DNA of 64,000 nt from an uncultured delta proteobacterium (GCA_963696385.1 CAVOKF010000001.1:288001-352000), one strand, 5' to 3'. Shown: positions 1 to 10,504, numbered from the stretch's first letter. Notes: generated by a model from the sequence alone, not told the origin. Program-made: numbers and translations.

Positions 1-1462
1 CTTCCAAGAGAACTGCGTCACGTGCCATGGCGCGACGGGTCACGGAGACGGCGTCGCGGCTGCCGGTTTGGTGCCGAAGCCGTCGGACTTCCACTCCGAC
101 GCGGTGATGGACAGTCTCACCCCCTATAAGGTATTCAATGTGATCCGCTTCGGAGTGAAGGGCACGGCCATGGCGCCGGTCGGCCACATCGACGAAGTCG
201 AGCGTTGGGCACTGTCGTTCTACGTCTTGACCCTCAGGCAGCCACCTTGCGACCACTCGCCTTCCAGCGTGACGCTGGACGACCTCGCGAACCGGTCGGA
301 CGCAGAGCTCGCGAGGTCGAACGGGGTCGGCGAAGTCGCCTGTCTCAGGCGCAAGCTGCCGCAGCTCGACGCTTCCGCGCTCGTCGCCGCTGCGCGCACG
401 CGAGTGCAGCAGGCCAAGATCATGGCCGGCGGCGGAGACGCGCGCGGCGCCGAGAGCGCCATCCTCGAAGCGTACCTCTCGGACATCGAGCCGGCGGAGC
501 CGTGGCTTCGTGCACACCATCCGGACGTCGTAGGACCTCTGGAATCGTCGGTCATTGCCACGCGTGCGGCGTTGCAGCAACGAGACCCGCGCGCGGGCGA
601 GGAGGTCGTACGACTCCTGGCGCTGCTCGATCGGGCGACGGGCGCACCCGTGGCGAAGGCGACGGCCGTCTCCGTGTTCTGGTTTGCGCTTCTCGTCATC
701 GTGCGAGAAGGATCCGAGGCGGCCGTGATCATCGCCGCCCTCCTCGCGGTCGTAAAGAAGCGAAAGCAGTTCTCTCGTGCGCGTTTCGTCCACGCCGGCT
801 GGCTCTCCGCGGTGGCCGTGGGCGCCATCGTGTTTGCGGCGGCCCGCAATCTCCTTGCTGGCGCAATGAATGAAAGGCTCGAGGGGTGCCTTGCGTTGGT
901 CGCTGCCGCGATGTTGCTTCATGCGGCGCTGTGGCTCAATGCGCGAACGACGACGCGACGCACCATGGGGGAGCTCCGAGGCCGCACGCACCATGCCCTC
1001 GACCGAGGCGCGCTCGCGCTCTTCGCGATCGCGTTTCTCGCGATGTTCCGCGAGAGCTTCGAGACGACGGTCTTTCTCGAAGCGTTGTCGGTCGACGCCC
1101 CCTCGGCCGTCGTCTGGGGCGCCGCCGCGGGTGCAGCGCTGCTGCTCGGTCTCGTCTTCGCGGTGAGTCGCTTGGGGTTGAGACTGCCCATGAAGCCGCT
1201 CTTCCGTGTCTCGACCGGAATGCTCCTGGCGACCGCCATCGTGCTGCTGGGCGAGGGCATCCACTCCTTCGAGGAAGTGGGCATCCTGCCCTCGAAGCCA
1301 ATGCGGTTCATCCAGATTGACTTCTTGGGCATCTACCCCGACCGGATCGGCCTTCTCTCGCAACTGGCCGTTATCCTCGCACTCATCCTCTGGCAAGGGG
1401 GATTCCGGGATGGCTCGATGAGCGTTTCGCGACTCGGCGGGGCGACCCATCCCGGCGAGTAA
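1..1462 (+). CDS. Cytochrome c / FTR1-family iron permease fusion, 5' end outside the window
   Basis: The frame is open from base 2 (FQENCVTCHGATGHGDG, CxxCH at 14-28). The hydrophobic C-terminal half has two RExxE motifs (REGSE, RESFE) typical of FTR1/EfeU. Confidence 0.9.
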   Translation, partial: FQENCVTCHGATGHGDGVAAAGLVPKPSDFHSDAVMDSLTPYKVFNVIRFGVKGTAMAPVGHIDEVERWALSFYVLTLRQPPCDHSPSSVTLDDLANRSDAELARSNGVGEVACLRRKLPQLDASALVAAARTRVQQAKIMAGGGDARGAESAILEAYLSDIEPAEPWLRAHHPDVVGPLESSVIATRAALQQRDPRAGEEVVRLLALLDRATGAPVAKATAVSVFWFALLVIVREGSEAAVIIAALLAVVKKRKQFSRARFVHAGWLSAVAVGAIVFAAARNLLAGAMNERLEGCLALVAAAMLLHAALWLNARTTTRRTMGELRGRTHHALDRGALALFAIAFLAMFRESFETTVFLEALSVDAPSAVVWGAAAGAALLLGLVFAVSRLGLRLPMKPLFRVSTGMLLATAIVLLGEGIHSFEEVGILPSKPMRFIQIDFLGIYPDRIGLLSQLAVILALILWQGGFRDGSMSVSRLGGATHPGE

Positions 1463-1517
1463 AAGGGTGACGCATTCGCCGGAGCCTTCGGGCTTCGGTC
1501 GGAGTGGCCATGACCGT

Positions 1518-1802
1518 TCAGTTGCGACGCCCCGCGGGTGCCGGGCGCGCAGCCCAGCGCGCGCGGGCCTTCTCCCGCTCGCCCTCGCGCGTCCGTATCG
1601 GCGCGCGCGCCGTCAGGCCGCGGACCAGACGCTCGGTCACGCCAGCCACCTCGCGGATGGCTTCCTCGAAGACGAGCCGGTCCGCCTCCGACGGTTTGTT
1701 CAAGCCGGTGACCTTCCGGACGTACTGGAGCGCGGCGGCGCGGATCTCTTCCGGCGTGGTCGGGGGATCGAAGTTGTAGAGAACCCGGATGTTGCGGCAC
1801 AT
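1518..1802 (-). CDS. DUF2277-family small protein
   Basis: MCRNIRVLYNFDPPTTPEEIRAAALQYVRKVTG is the characteristic N-terminus of this family. Confidence 0.85.
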   Translation of the reverse strand: MCRNIRVLYNFDPPTTPEEIRAAALQYVRKVTGLNKPSEADRLVFEEAIREVAGVTERLVRGLTARAPIRTREGEREKARARWAARPAPAGRRN

Positions 1803-1964
1803 GGGATGGGGAGAGGATGCCAGACCGCGCGATCGGCGCCCACGGGTTCGGCGATGCGATTCGCTTGAATCCGGCCCATGCCCGGCGTGCTAAGGTGCGA
1901 CCGGCGAAGTGCATGAGCACGAATGGCTGGCCCGAATCGCCGGGGACACGCTGAGCCGATGGCC

Positions 1965-1980
1965 TCTTCACACTTCTTCA
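1965..1980 (+). promoter_or_regulatory. Putative OmpR/CpxR-type tandem binding site
   Basis: TCTTCA-N4-TCTTCA direct repeat (10-bp period) upstream of the Spy-like gene and its two-component system. Confidence 0.4.
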
Positions 1981-2032
1981 TCGTTGGCCGCGGCCGATCT
2001 TAACAGTCGGGGTCCACGTTTCTCTCGTCATG

Positions 2033-2046
2033 GGCGCCCCGTTTGC
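2033..2046 (+). promoter_or_regulatory. Putative sigma54 -24/-12 promoter
   Basis: GG-CGCCCCGTTT-GC(T), upstream of the GGAGGAG RBS and ATG 2085. Confidence 0.45.
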
Positions 2047-2084
2047 TGTTCCACCCGAGGGCGCCCGGAGGAGACTAGGTCACC

Positions 2085-2648
2085 ATGTTTGGTTTTCTAA
2101 TCGGTACGGCATGCCTCATCGGCCTCATCAAGGTCGTGCGCCACGGGCGCGGCTGCGGCCGCTGGGGGTACGGTGGCTACGGTGGCCCGTGCGGCCATTC
2201 CCATCACCACGGAGGCTTCGGTGGCTACGCGCGCCGCGGCGGGTTCGGACGAACCTTCTGGCTCCGAAGCGCGTTCGAGCGCCTTCAGACGACGCCGGGT
2301 CAAGAGAAGGTCATCGTCGAAGCGGTGGACGATCTCACCGAGGTCTTCGGCAAGGCGGCGGACGAGTTCCGTGCGACGCGCGCCGATTTCGCCGGCGTTT
2401 TCCGCAGCGAGACGATGGACGAAGCGTCCGTTTCCGACATCTTTTTGAAGCACGACACGACCCTCAGCGAGACCCGTCGCGCGGCGGTCGAGGCGATCCA
2501 CAGGATCCATGACGCGCTGACCGAGAAGCAGCGCGCCGAGGTCGCCGACTTTCTCGAGAACGGCCCCGGTGTCCGTGGACGCGGCTGGGGTGGACGCGGT
2601 TGGGGCGGCGGTCGCGACGGCGGCCCTTACCGCGACCAGTGGGCATGA
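2085..2648 (+). CDS. Spy/CpxP-like (heavy-metal sensor family) helical protein
   Basis: N-terminal hydrophobic segment, Gly/His-rich linker, LQTTPGQ and LTEKQRAE LTxxQ-like motifs; precedes an RR/HK pair. Confidence 0.75.
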   Translation: MFGFLIGTACLIGLIKVVRHGRGCGRWGYGGYGGPCGHSHHHGGFGGYARRGGFGRTFWLRSAFERLQTTPGQEKVIVEAVDDLTEVFGKAADEFRATRADFAGVFRSETMDEASVSDIFLKHDTTLSETRRAAVEAIHRIHDALTEKQRAEVADFLENGPGVRGRGWGGRGWGGGRDGGPYRDQWA

Positions 2649-2887
2649 GGAGAAGACCATGAGACGTCCGAATCCTCATTGCAGTCCTCACATTGGGAAC
2701 CGTGCTCGGCTACGGCTCGGGCTTCGCCTCGATTCACCGCTGCCACCTGCACAGGAACGCGTGGGAACGACACGTCGCCCAGGTCTGCCTGGACGCCGCG
2801 TACGGCAAGGGCGACACGACCTCCGGCCCGAGCGCGGAGCCGTAGTCGTCCGCGCGTTGTGCGGTCGGTATGGTGACGTTGGCAGTC

Positions 2888-3574
2888 ATGCCCTCGCGCG
2901 TCTTGCTTATCGACGACGACGCACGACTCTTCGAGCTGCTCGCGAGCTACCTCGACCAGAACGGGGTCGCGCTCAGCCGAGCCCCGGACGGAGCGAAGGG
3001 GCTCGCGGCGCTCGGTGCGTCGCCGTTCGATGCCGTGCTTCTCGACGTGATGATGCCCGGCATGGACGGCCTCACGGTCTGCAAGAAAATCCGTGAGAAG
3101 AGTCGCATTCCGATCATCATGCTGACCGCTAAAGGCGACGAGACGGACCGCGTGGTGGGCCTTGAACTCGGGGCGGACGACTACGTCGCCAAGCCCTTCA
3201 GCCCCCGCGAGCTTCTCGCTCGCCTCCGGGCGGTGCTCCGCAGGGCTGCCCCCGACGCCATCGCCGAACGCATCCGCGTCGGAACCATCGACATCGACGT
3301 TCCCAGCCGGCAGGTGCGCGTCGGCGGAGACGCTGCGGATCTGACCGGCATCGAGTTCGACATCCTCCTCGCGCTCGCGCGCCGCGCCGGACGGGTGGTA
3401 CCGCGCGACTCTCTGCTCAGCGAGGCGGGCCGCAGCGACGTTACCGTCAGCGAGCGCACCGTCGACGTGCACATCTCGCACCTTCGCCAGAAGCTCGGAG
3501 ACGATCCGCGCGCCCCCAAAGTGATCAAGACCGTGCGCGGCATCGGGTACGTGCTGGCGAAGGACGGACCGTGA
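2888..3574 (+). CDS. OmpR/CpxR-family response regulator
   Basis: Receiver (LIDDD, LLDVMMPGMDG, KPF) and winged-helix tail (RTVDVHISHLRQKL, KTVRGIGY). Confidence 0.95.
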   Translation: MPSRVLLIDDDARLFELLASYLDQNGVALSRAPDGAKGLAALGASPFDAVLLDVMMPGMDGLTVCKKIREKSRIPIIMLTAKGDETDRVVGLELGADDYVAKPFSPRELLARLRAVLRRAAPDAIAERIRVGTIDIDVPSRQVRVGGDAADLTGIEFDILLALARRAGRVVPRDSLLSEAGRSDVTVSERTVDVHISHLRQKLGDDPRAPKVIKTVRGIGYVLAKDGP

Positions 3575-4935
3575 CGTGTTGGCACCCGAAACATCGCCAC
3601 CCAGACGGCCGCCACCGCTGGGAGCGCTACCGCCACGCGATGAGCTCTGCGGGTTGGTATCTGCGACGAAACCTTCACCGCCGCATCTTCTTTCTCCTCG
3701 GCGCCTCGATCCTCGTCACGGCTCTGGTGATGATGGCGCTGTCCTATTTCGCGACCCCCGACGCCAACTGGCACCGCGAGGCAGCGCGCGTTCGGTCGTT
3801 CGTCGCTGGCGAGTTCGCTCTCGTCTGGGAGGACCCGAGCGCGCGCGACGCCCTCGCCAGGCGAATGGCGGCCGAGCTCGATCTGGATCTGACCCTGAAG
3901 AACGGCGAGAGCCAACCCATCCAGGCTTTCGGGCCCGCTGCCTGCAAGCACCCCGCAGCGACCGTCCCGATCGCCGCGGGGGCCGAGACCATCGGGTTCG
4001 TCGACGTATGCTTCGACCGCGCGCGCGGCTCGCGTCCGTTTCAGTTCGTTGGCCCCCTCATGGTCTTGTGGGTCATGCTTTGGGGGGCTTCGGGCCGCCT
4101 CGCGCGACGGCTAACCCGCCCGTACTCGGAGCTCGCCCGCGTCGCCCGTGAGATCGGGGCGGGCAAGCTCTCGAGCCGCTTCCAGCTCCCGGGGCGGCGC
4201 GGCGTGGACGAGGCGAGGGTGCTCGCCGACGCCATCAACGACATGGCGACACGCATCGAGAGACAGATGGGCGACCAGCGCGAGCTGCTCGCGGCGGTCT
4301 CGCACGAGATCCGGACGCCGCTTTCGCGCATCCGGCTCGTTGCGGAGCTCCTTCGTGGCGAGCTCGGCGCGGGCAAGAGCGCCGTTGCCGCGAAGGCCCT
4401 GGACGATCTGGACCGGGAGGTCATCGAGATCGACGCGCTCGTGAGCGAGCTGCTCGCGAGCTCGCGTCTCGACTTCGCGGCGCTGCACGTGCACACGCTC
4501 AATCCAGCCGACGTTGCGATGCGCGCGCTCGAGCGTGCTGGGCTGCCGGAGTCTCTCCTCCAGCTCGACGTCACCGCCACGAAGTTCGAGGCGGACGCGA
4601 CGCTCGTGGCGCGCGCTCTCGCCAACCTGCTCGCCAACGCAAACGCGCATGCGGGGGGGGTAGACGCGCTCCGTGTGCGCCAGGCGGACGCGATGATCGT
4701 CTTTGAGGTGCTCGACCACGGACCGGGCTTCGCGCCCGGTGAAGAAGCGAAGGCGTTCGAGTCGTTCTATCAGCGGCCGGGCGCCGAGGCGCGGGAGAAG
4801 GGTTCGCTCGGACTCGGGCTCACGCTCGTCAAGCGCATTGCCGTCGCCCACGGTGGCACCGCGTTCGCGGTAAACCGTGAGCGTGGCGGCGCGAGCGTGG
4901 GAATACGGCTCCCGCGTGCGGCCGTCGCGCCGTAG
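3571..4935 (+). CDS. HAMP-domain sensor histidine kinase
   Basis: Two TM segments, HAMP, H-box SHEIRTPL, N-box NLLANA, G boxes DHGPG and GLGL; GTGA overlap with the RR. Confidence 0.95.
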   Translation: MTCWHPKHRHPDGRHRWERYRHAMSSAGWYLRRNLHRRIFFLLGASILVTALVMMALSYFATPDANWHREAARVRSFVAGEFALVWEDPSARDALARRMAAELDLDLTLKNGESQPIQAFGPAACKHPAATVPIAAGAETIGFVDVCFDRARGSRPFQFVGPLMVLWVMLWGASGRLARRLTRPYSELARVAREIGAGKLSSRFQLPGRRGVDEARVLADAINDMATRIERQMGDQRELLAAVSHEIRTPLSRIRLVAELLRGELGAGKSAVAAKALDDLDREVIEIDALVSELLASSRLDFAALHVHTLNPADVAMRALERAGLPESLLQLDVTATKFEADATLVARALANLLANANAHAGGVDALRVRQADAMIVFEVLDHGPGFAPGEEAKAFESFYQRPGAEAREKGSLGLGLTLVKRIAVAHGGTAFAVNRERGGASVGIRLPRAAVAP

Positions 4936-5057
4936 CGGCCGTTAGGCCGTCGCTCGAAACTGCGCCTACGACGCCGCGGCACCGGCGATAGCGGGGGAGG
5001 GAAGCCCCGCCCCCGCGATGCGTGGCAAGCCGCGAGCGAGATGGCACACTGGCGCGC

Positions 5058-5462
5058 GTGAGTGCACCGAAACCACCCCTCGCCGACGAGCCGTACATCA
5101 ACCTCGAGACGTTCAAGCGCGATGGCAACGGGGTCAAGACGCCCGTTTGGGCCGCCCCCCTGGGCCGCAAGCTCGTCGTGATGACCGCCGGCAATGCCTT
5201 CAAAGTGAAGCGTTTGCGGCGGGACGCGCGAGCCCGTGTCGCTGCGTGCGACGTCCGCGGAAACGTCCATGGTCCGTGGCTGGAGGCGACGGGCCGAATT
5301 CTCGAGGGGGAAGAGGACGTAAAGCGCGCGCACGCCGCGCTGCGGGACAAGTACGGCTGGCAGATGGCGATCGGGGATTTCTTGGCGCGGATCGCCGGAC
5401 GGATAAAGAAGCGGGCGTACTTGGAGATCACGGTAACGGCCGTGTCCGGGGCCACGTCCTGA
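5058..5462 (+). CDS. PPOX-class F420-dependent oxidoreductase
   Basis: YINLETFKRDGNGVKTPVW, KVKRLRRD, ACDVRG and LRDKYG motifs. Confidence 0.85.
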   Translation: MSAPKPPLADEPYINLETFKRDGNGVKTPVWAAPLGRKLVVMTAGNAFKVKRLRRDARARVAACDVRGNVHGPWLEATGRILEGEEDVKRAHAALRDKYGWQMAIGDFLARIAGRIKKRAYLEITVTAVSGATS

Positions 5463-5615
5463 CCGAGGCGTCGGTTCGCGCAGAAAGCCGCTCCGAGGCC
5501 CCGCCGTGCCACGTGGCGAGAGGCCGGACGAGCGCGGTACGTTCGGGGCTTTTCGCGTCCGTCGCCAGTCGATTCGTTCGGGCGTCGAATCCGTAACGCG
5601 CCGACCCCCGCCTCG

Positions 5616-7238
5616 TCAAATGGGGTATTGTCCGTCGACGATACTGTTGATGTATTTTTCGATATTCGTGTAACCGGTATTATCGAAGTCGCCCGTCGCG
5701 TCGTCCGGCGAGTTGGGGTTGAGGCCGTACCGCAACTCCCAAGCGTCCGGCATGCCGTCGCCATCGGTATCGAGCGGCGGCGTGCCGCCCGTGAGCGTGC
5801 CGAAACCGCCGTTTGCGAGCCCCGTCGCGGTCGGGGTGGTCCAAAGCTGTCCCTGTTTACCGAGTGACGTGACGTCGGCGATGACCAGGGCGTCGACCTG
5901 GTCGCGAGAAAGGGACGCGCCCGCGTCCGCGATGACCGCCGCGTAGGCGTCGGTCGCGTCGAGCGCTGCGGGCAGCGGCATCGTTGCCGCCGACCAGGAG
6001 GCGGCGAGCGCGACCGCGCCGGCCGGGAGGCCTAGGGCGGTGCCGTCGAGCGTACCGTTGGCACTGCTGTCGAGGATGTTGCCGCTCAGGTACATCGGCT
6101 GATTGTTCACTTGGAAGAACGCGTCCGAGGCCGTTGTGGTCGACGGCCCGGCGATGAACACGTTGCCGATCACGTCGTGCGAAAACGTGCCCGCGGTGTT
6201 GCCCGCTGTGTAACCAAGCTGATAATTGTAGATCACGTTATTTACGTATTGCGTATCCGCTTTGGCAAGCGGAGTGCGATTGTGTGCATTGGCGAAGAGG
6301 TCGCGGTACCAGGTGTACGGGCCCGTCTCGGTGTGGGCTGCAAATTGCTGTCCGACCGGGTCGGCCGTGATCGAATGCTGCACCGTGATGTTGGTGGCGC
6401 CGACCGAGTCGATGTTGTTCCACTGCGCGAATTCGATCGACACGTGGTCGATGATCACCGTGCTCGAGCTCGCCATGTTGACTCCGCTGCGCTCGAAATT
6501 GGGATCGGACCGAGTGCAGGTCGTGCATCCGGGTCGAACGCGAAGATAGCGCGCGATGATGTTCGAATGGCTCGAGAACGACAGCTCGTTACCCTGGATG
6601 GCGATGCCATCGCCCGGCGACGTTTGCCCGGCGATGTAGATGTCGCTGCTCACCGAAATCGCCGTGGCGATCGTGATTGCTCCGCCCACGTCGAAGACGA
6701 CGATGCGATTGCCTGCGCTCACCGCGTCGCGCAGGGATCCCGCGCCCGTGTCGTTGAGGTTGGTGACGTGCACGACCGTGCCGCCCCGACCGCCCGTCGC
6801 GACTCGTCCAAATCCGACGGCCTCGGGGAACGCGTACACCGGCCCGCCGGGCATTCCCTTGAACGGTGCCGCGTCCGAGGAAGGAATGATGCCCGACGTG
6901 CCGCCCTCACTAAGGATTGGGCCCGTATCCACCGACGCATCGGCTTCCGGGGCGCCCGTTTGGGTGGGCCCGGGGGGTGCGCCAGCCTCGGGGCTTGGGC
7001 TCGCAGAGCTGGAGGGGGCAGACGCCGTCGACGCCCCCGACCCGCTCGAGCTGGCTGCGCCGGGCCCACTCCCTGTCGACCCGCTCGAAGTTGCGGGCGC
7101 GGAGCTGGCCATCGAGCTGGCGGTGCTCGTGGGGCTCGGCGAGGGGCTCGGGGCGCCCCCCGCAGGCGCCTCGGGCGTGCTCGCGCACCCGGCCTCCAGC
7201 GTTGCAAGCAGGGCAAGTGCATAGACATTTCGTCGCAT
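5616..7238 (-). CDS. Pectate lyase (PL1-like) lipoprotein
   Basis: Lipobox LEAGC, Ser/Pro linker, AFPEAVGFGRVATGGRGG, VTNLNDTGAGSLR, IIDHVS, C-terminal DTDGDGMPDAWE and GYTNIEKYIN. Confidence 0.9.
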   Translation of the reverse strand: MRRNVYALALLATLEAGCASTPEAPAGGAPSPSPSPTSTASSMASSAPATSSGSTGSGPGAASSSGSGASTASAPSSSASPSPEAGAPPGPTQTGAPEADASVDTGPILSEGGTSGIIPSSDAAPFKGMPGGPVYAFPEAVGFGRVATGGRGGTVVHVTNLNDTGAGSLRDAVSAGNRIVVFDVGGAITIATAISVSSDIYIAGQTSPGDGIAIQGNELSFSSHSNIIARYLRVRPGCTTCTRSDPNFERSGVNMASSSTVIIDHVSIEFAQWNNIDSVGATNITVQHSITADPVGQQFAAHTETGPYTWYRDLFANAHNRTPLAKADTQYVNNVIYNYQLGYTAGNTAGTFSHDVIGNVFIAGPSTTTASDAFFQVNNQPMYLSGNILDSSANGTLDGTALGLPAGAVALAASWSAATMPLPAALDATDAYAAVIADAGASLSRDQVDALVIADVTSLGKQGQLWTTPTATGLANGGFGTLTGGTPPLDTDGDGMPDAWELRYGLNPNSPDDATGDFDNTGYTNIEKYINSIVDGQYPI

Positions 7239-7904
7239 CGGGGGCTCCGGTCTTCGAAGCTTGGTTATGCGCGAAATCGGCAGTCCGATCACGCTCCTAT
7301 AAAATTGTATCGTCGCGCGAAATGGCATCGCAGGCGGCCGCGTCGTGCACCCGGAATCGCTGAGACCAGCACCGGCCGGCGCACGTGAAACGCGACTTGG
7401 AGCGGTGCCGCGTCGAGCGGGCCACGCCGCGTCGCGCCGTTGCTTTCGCCCAAAAATGGGTCCCCAAAGACAACGAATTTATCGGTCTTTTTGGGTTTTT
7501 TTGGCCTCTCGAGTCATGGGCGCGTGCAGATGGTGCAATACGGACAAGAGATTGGCGACCAGGGCGGCGTGTTCGGGGCAGAGAGACGAGCGCCATTTTT
7601 CCAAGCTGTTTGGGTGGCGGGTGCCTCCGATGAAACCGGCAACGTACCCTTGCGCTACCGTTTTGGCGGTCGAGGCGCACTCGCACACGGGGCAGTCGTT
7701 CATGAAACAACCATTCCGGACCGAAGGGTTAGCAGCAGCGCGAGCTCCGACGACAATTTTTTAGTGGCCGCGATGATTCGTCGCCCCGATCGGGCGACCG
7801 CGACCGCGACCGGGCAGCGATCGCCACGGACCGTTGGCCGACCTGCCGGGTCTTTGACGCGTGGAAGAGCCGCCCGCGTTGCCTCGATGCCATAGCGCCG
7901 GCAC

Positions 7905-9548
7905 CTACGCGATCCTCGGTCGGCTCGACTGGGTGATGAGCCAGGACGCCTGCCCGCGCGTGAGGCCGTTGGGGTTCGGGATTCGGCGCCGGCGGAGCAG
8001 CTCGAGCTGCTTTTCGGTCGGCTTCTGACCTCGCCAATGGGCATCGAGCGTCAGCAACGAAACCATCTTCGCTCGATCGCGTGCGACGACCGCGTCGACG
8101 GCCCCGACGGCCGACGCGAGGTCTGCCATCGGCGGGGGCATCCGAGCGGCCGCTCGCGGGTTCATGAGCGTTGCGTCCCATCGCCCGAGGGCATCCTCGC
8201 GAAGAGTGATCCACTCGCCGTCCGCCAGGTTCAGCCGATACCCGCCGTCGGGCGTCCCGCACCAAGCGAACCGCGTAAACGCGGCGATTTCGGAAGGGGG
8301 CTCGAAGCGGAACAGGTCCACGCGCTCCGCAACATGATCGAGATCTTCGGCGCGCTCGACTCGGCCGAGGTCCACCCACGGCATAGCCTCGCTCAGGCGG
8401 TCGAGCGCGTCGACCGTCTCAATCGCGCCGTGACCGCCCAGATCCAGCGATTCGGGCAAGTCGAACAAGGCGTTTAGGCCGGCGAGTTTGTGGCGGGCAC
8501 TGTTGTCCGCGATGTCGATCACGACCACGTCGCTCTTGGTGTCGTGGAGCCGCGTGCCGCGGCCGACCATCTGCGCGTAAAGCAACTGCGAGTGCGTCGG
8601 CCGGGCCATGATGACGCAGTCCACGCGCGGCTCGTCGAAGCCCTCGGTCAGGACGTTGCAGTTCGTGAGCACGTCGAGACGCCCTTCGCGAAAGCGTCGG
8701 AGAGCGTCCTGGCGATCTTCGCCCGGCATGGCTCCCCAGACCGGCGCCGCGTGAACCTGCGCGTCCTCGAACGCGGCAGCAAGGGCTTTCACATGCGCGA
8801 CGTTGACGCAGAACACGATGGCACGCCGCCCGGCTGCGATCTGCCGATAGGCCCCCACCACGAGGCCGTTTCGCTCCGGCACGTCCACGGCGCGTGCGAG
8901 GTCCGACTCGACGAAGTCGCCGTGCCGGACCCGCACGCCGCCAAGGTCGACCGACGAGCTCACTCGCCAACCGCGGACCGTGCAGAGGTAGCCCGATCGC
9001 ACCATGTCCGGCAGGCTCTTCGCGTAGGCGATCTCCTCGAAGACCTCGGCGAGCGTCAACTTGTCGCCCCGCCGGGCCGTGGCCGTGAACCCGACGAGCA
9101 GCCGCTTCGTGCCCTCGGCGAAAAGGCCGAAGTGATCGAAGACACGCCGGTAGGACGGCGCAACCGCATGGTGCGCCTCGTCGACCACGACGACGTAGAA
9201 CTGCTCGGGGTCGAGCCGCTGAAGTCGCCGGCTCTCTTGGCGACCGACCGTCGGGACCGAAGCGAGGACCACCCGCGCATCCGAGGGTGCGCTCCGCCCG
9301 CCCTGTTCGATGCCGACGCTTAGCTCGGGGGCCACCGCGTGGAACTTGGCCGCGGCCTGGTCCAGCAACTCCTGGCGATGGGCGAGCACGAGCATGCGCT
9401 TTTTCATCGCCAGAAACTCGGGCATCTTCGCGAAGATGACCGTCTTGCCCGTGCCCGTCGGTAGCGACACGAGCAGGCGGCGCCGGCCCTGTTTGTAGCG
9501 GATGAGAATGCGCTCCAAACATTCGCGCTGGTACGGGCGGAGGTTCAT
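7905..9548 (-). CDS. SF2 DEAD/DEAH helicase (ResIII/Irc3-like)
   Basis: LRPYQ, LPTGTGKT, DEAHH, GFTAT, LTEGFD and QMVGRG motifs; C-terminal PTEKQL...LTRGQAS. Confidence 0.92.
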   Translation of the reverse strand: MNLRPYQRECLERILIRYKQGRRRLLVSLPTGTGKTVIFAKMPEFLAMKKRMLVLAHRQELLDQAAAKFHAVAPELSVGIEQGGRSAPSDARVVLASVPTVGRQESRRLQRLDPEQFYVVVVDEAHHAVAPSYRRVFDHFGLFAEGTKRLLVGFTATARRGDKLTLAEVFEEIAYAKSLPDMVRSGYLCTVRGWRVSSSVDLGGVRVRHGDFVESDLARAVDVPERNGLVVGAYRQIAAGRRAIVFCVNVAHVKALAAAFEDAQVHAAPVWGAMPGEDRQDALRRFREGRLDVLTNCNVLTEGFDEPRVDCVIMARPTHSQLLYAQMVGRGTRLHDTKSDVVVIDIADNSARHKLAGLNALFDLPESLDLGGHGAIETVDALDRLSEAMPWVDLGRVERAEDLDHVAERVDLFRFEPPSEIAAFTRFAWCGTPDGGYRLNLADGEWITLREDALGRWDATLMNPRAAARMPPPMADLASAVGAVDAVVARDRAKMVSLLTLDAHWRGQKPTEKQLELLRRRRIPNPNGLTRGQASWLITQSSRPRIA

Positions 9549-9619
9549 GGTTGGGCAGTTTGCCAACGGCCGGCCGCCGCGTCGCCGCGCTCGGTTCGAC
9601 GGGGACCGGAACGCGCCCG

Positions 9620-10249
9620 CTAGATCGCCACGTGAAGGGCCTGGACTGCGCTCCGGAATAGGGGCATCGCCTCGCACCGCTCGCAGTGAGCCCTCAAGGC
9701 CGGGCGCGCTCGGGTGCTCCCCAGATCGGGATGGGCTTCGCCAACGAAGCGCACCGCACAAGCGATCGCAATATCGGCGTGCGACAGCGTACCGAACCAG
9801 AACGGCGCCGTCGCGGCTTCGCGCTCCATCTCTAGAAGGTCGAGGGTGGCCTGAATTTGGGCCGTGCAACGGTCCATCCAAACGTCGCTGCGGTGCTCCG
9901 GCTGGCGAAGGACCCGCTCGTAGAGCAAACTCACAGCCTTGTCGGCCAGCCCGGTGGAAAGAGCACAGATGCGGAGTCCTGCACGCCGCACTGCCCCGGT
10001 TCGCGGCAAGAGAAGGCGCTCTTCGGGAACCCCATCATCGAGAGCGTCGAGAATGGCGGCGCTCTCTACGATCCTTTCGCCGTCGTCCAGCACGAGGACA
10101 GGGACCCGAAGCAGAGGGTTGTAGTGTGCAATTTCAGCGGCCTGCCCCCAGACCGACCAGGGCCGGTGTTCATACGCCATCCCGTAGTGGTGCAGGGCCA
10201 GGGCCACGCGCCGGACGAACGGCGAATCAAATTGCCCAATGAGCAGCAT
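9620..10249 (-). CDS. Glutathione S-transferase family protein
   Basis: LIGQFDSPFVRRV, NPLLRVPVL, ESAAI and LSHADIA motifs. Confidence 0.9.
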   Translation of the reverse strand: MLLIGQFDSPFVRRVALALHHYGMAYEHRPWSVWGQAAEIAHYNPLLRVPVLVLDDGERIVESAAILDALDDGVPEERLLLPRTGAVRRAGLRICALSTGLADKAVSLLYERVLRQPEHRSDVWMDRCTAQIQATLDLLEMEREAATAPFWFGTLSHADIAIACAVRFVGEAHPDLGSTRARPALRAHCERCEAMPLFRSAVQALHVAI

Positions 10250-10307
10250 GACCGTTCGAGTAGCGTTGGCCCGGGCAGGCGGCAACGACGCGCGACTCGC
10301 ATTTCTC

Positions 10308-10504
10308 ATGAGCCAGGCCGAGAAGTACACGTACGGGGTTCAGGGGTCGGAACAAGACGGCGAGTTCATCGGCCTCTGCGCGGAGTTCCTGTCCTGGCTC
10401 GCCAAGAAGGATGATGAGGCGTTCGCAGGAATCAAGAAGCTCGTGCGCGAAGTCGCCGGGGACGTGGTGGGCAACAAGGAGCCGCTCCCCGTTGGGACGG
10501 CGCC

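Noticed and set aside
7905..9548. Helicase as part of a restriction or anti-phage system
   Set aside because: No methyltransferase, nuclease or other defence gene is adjacent.
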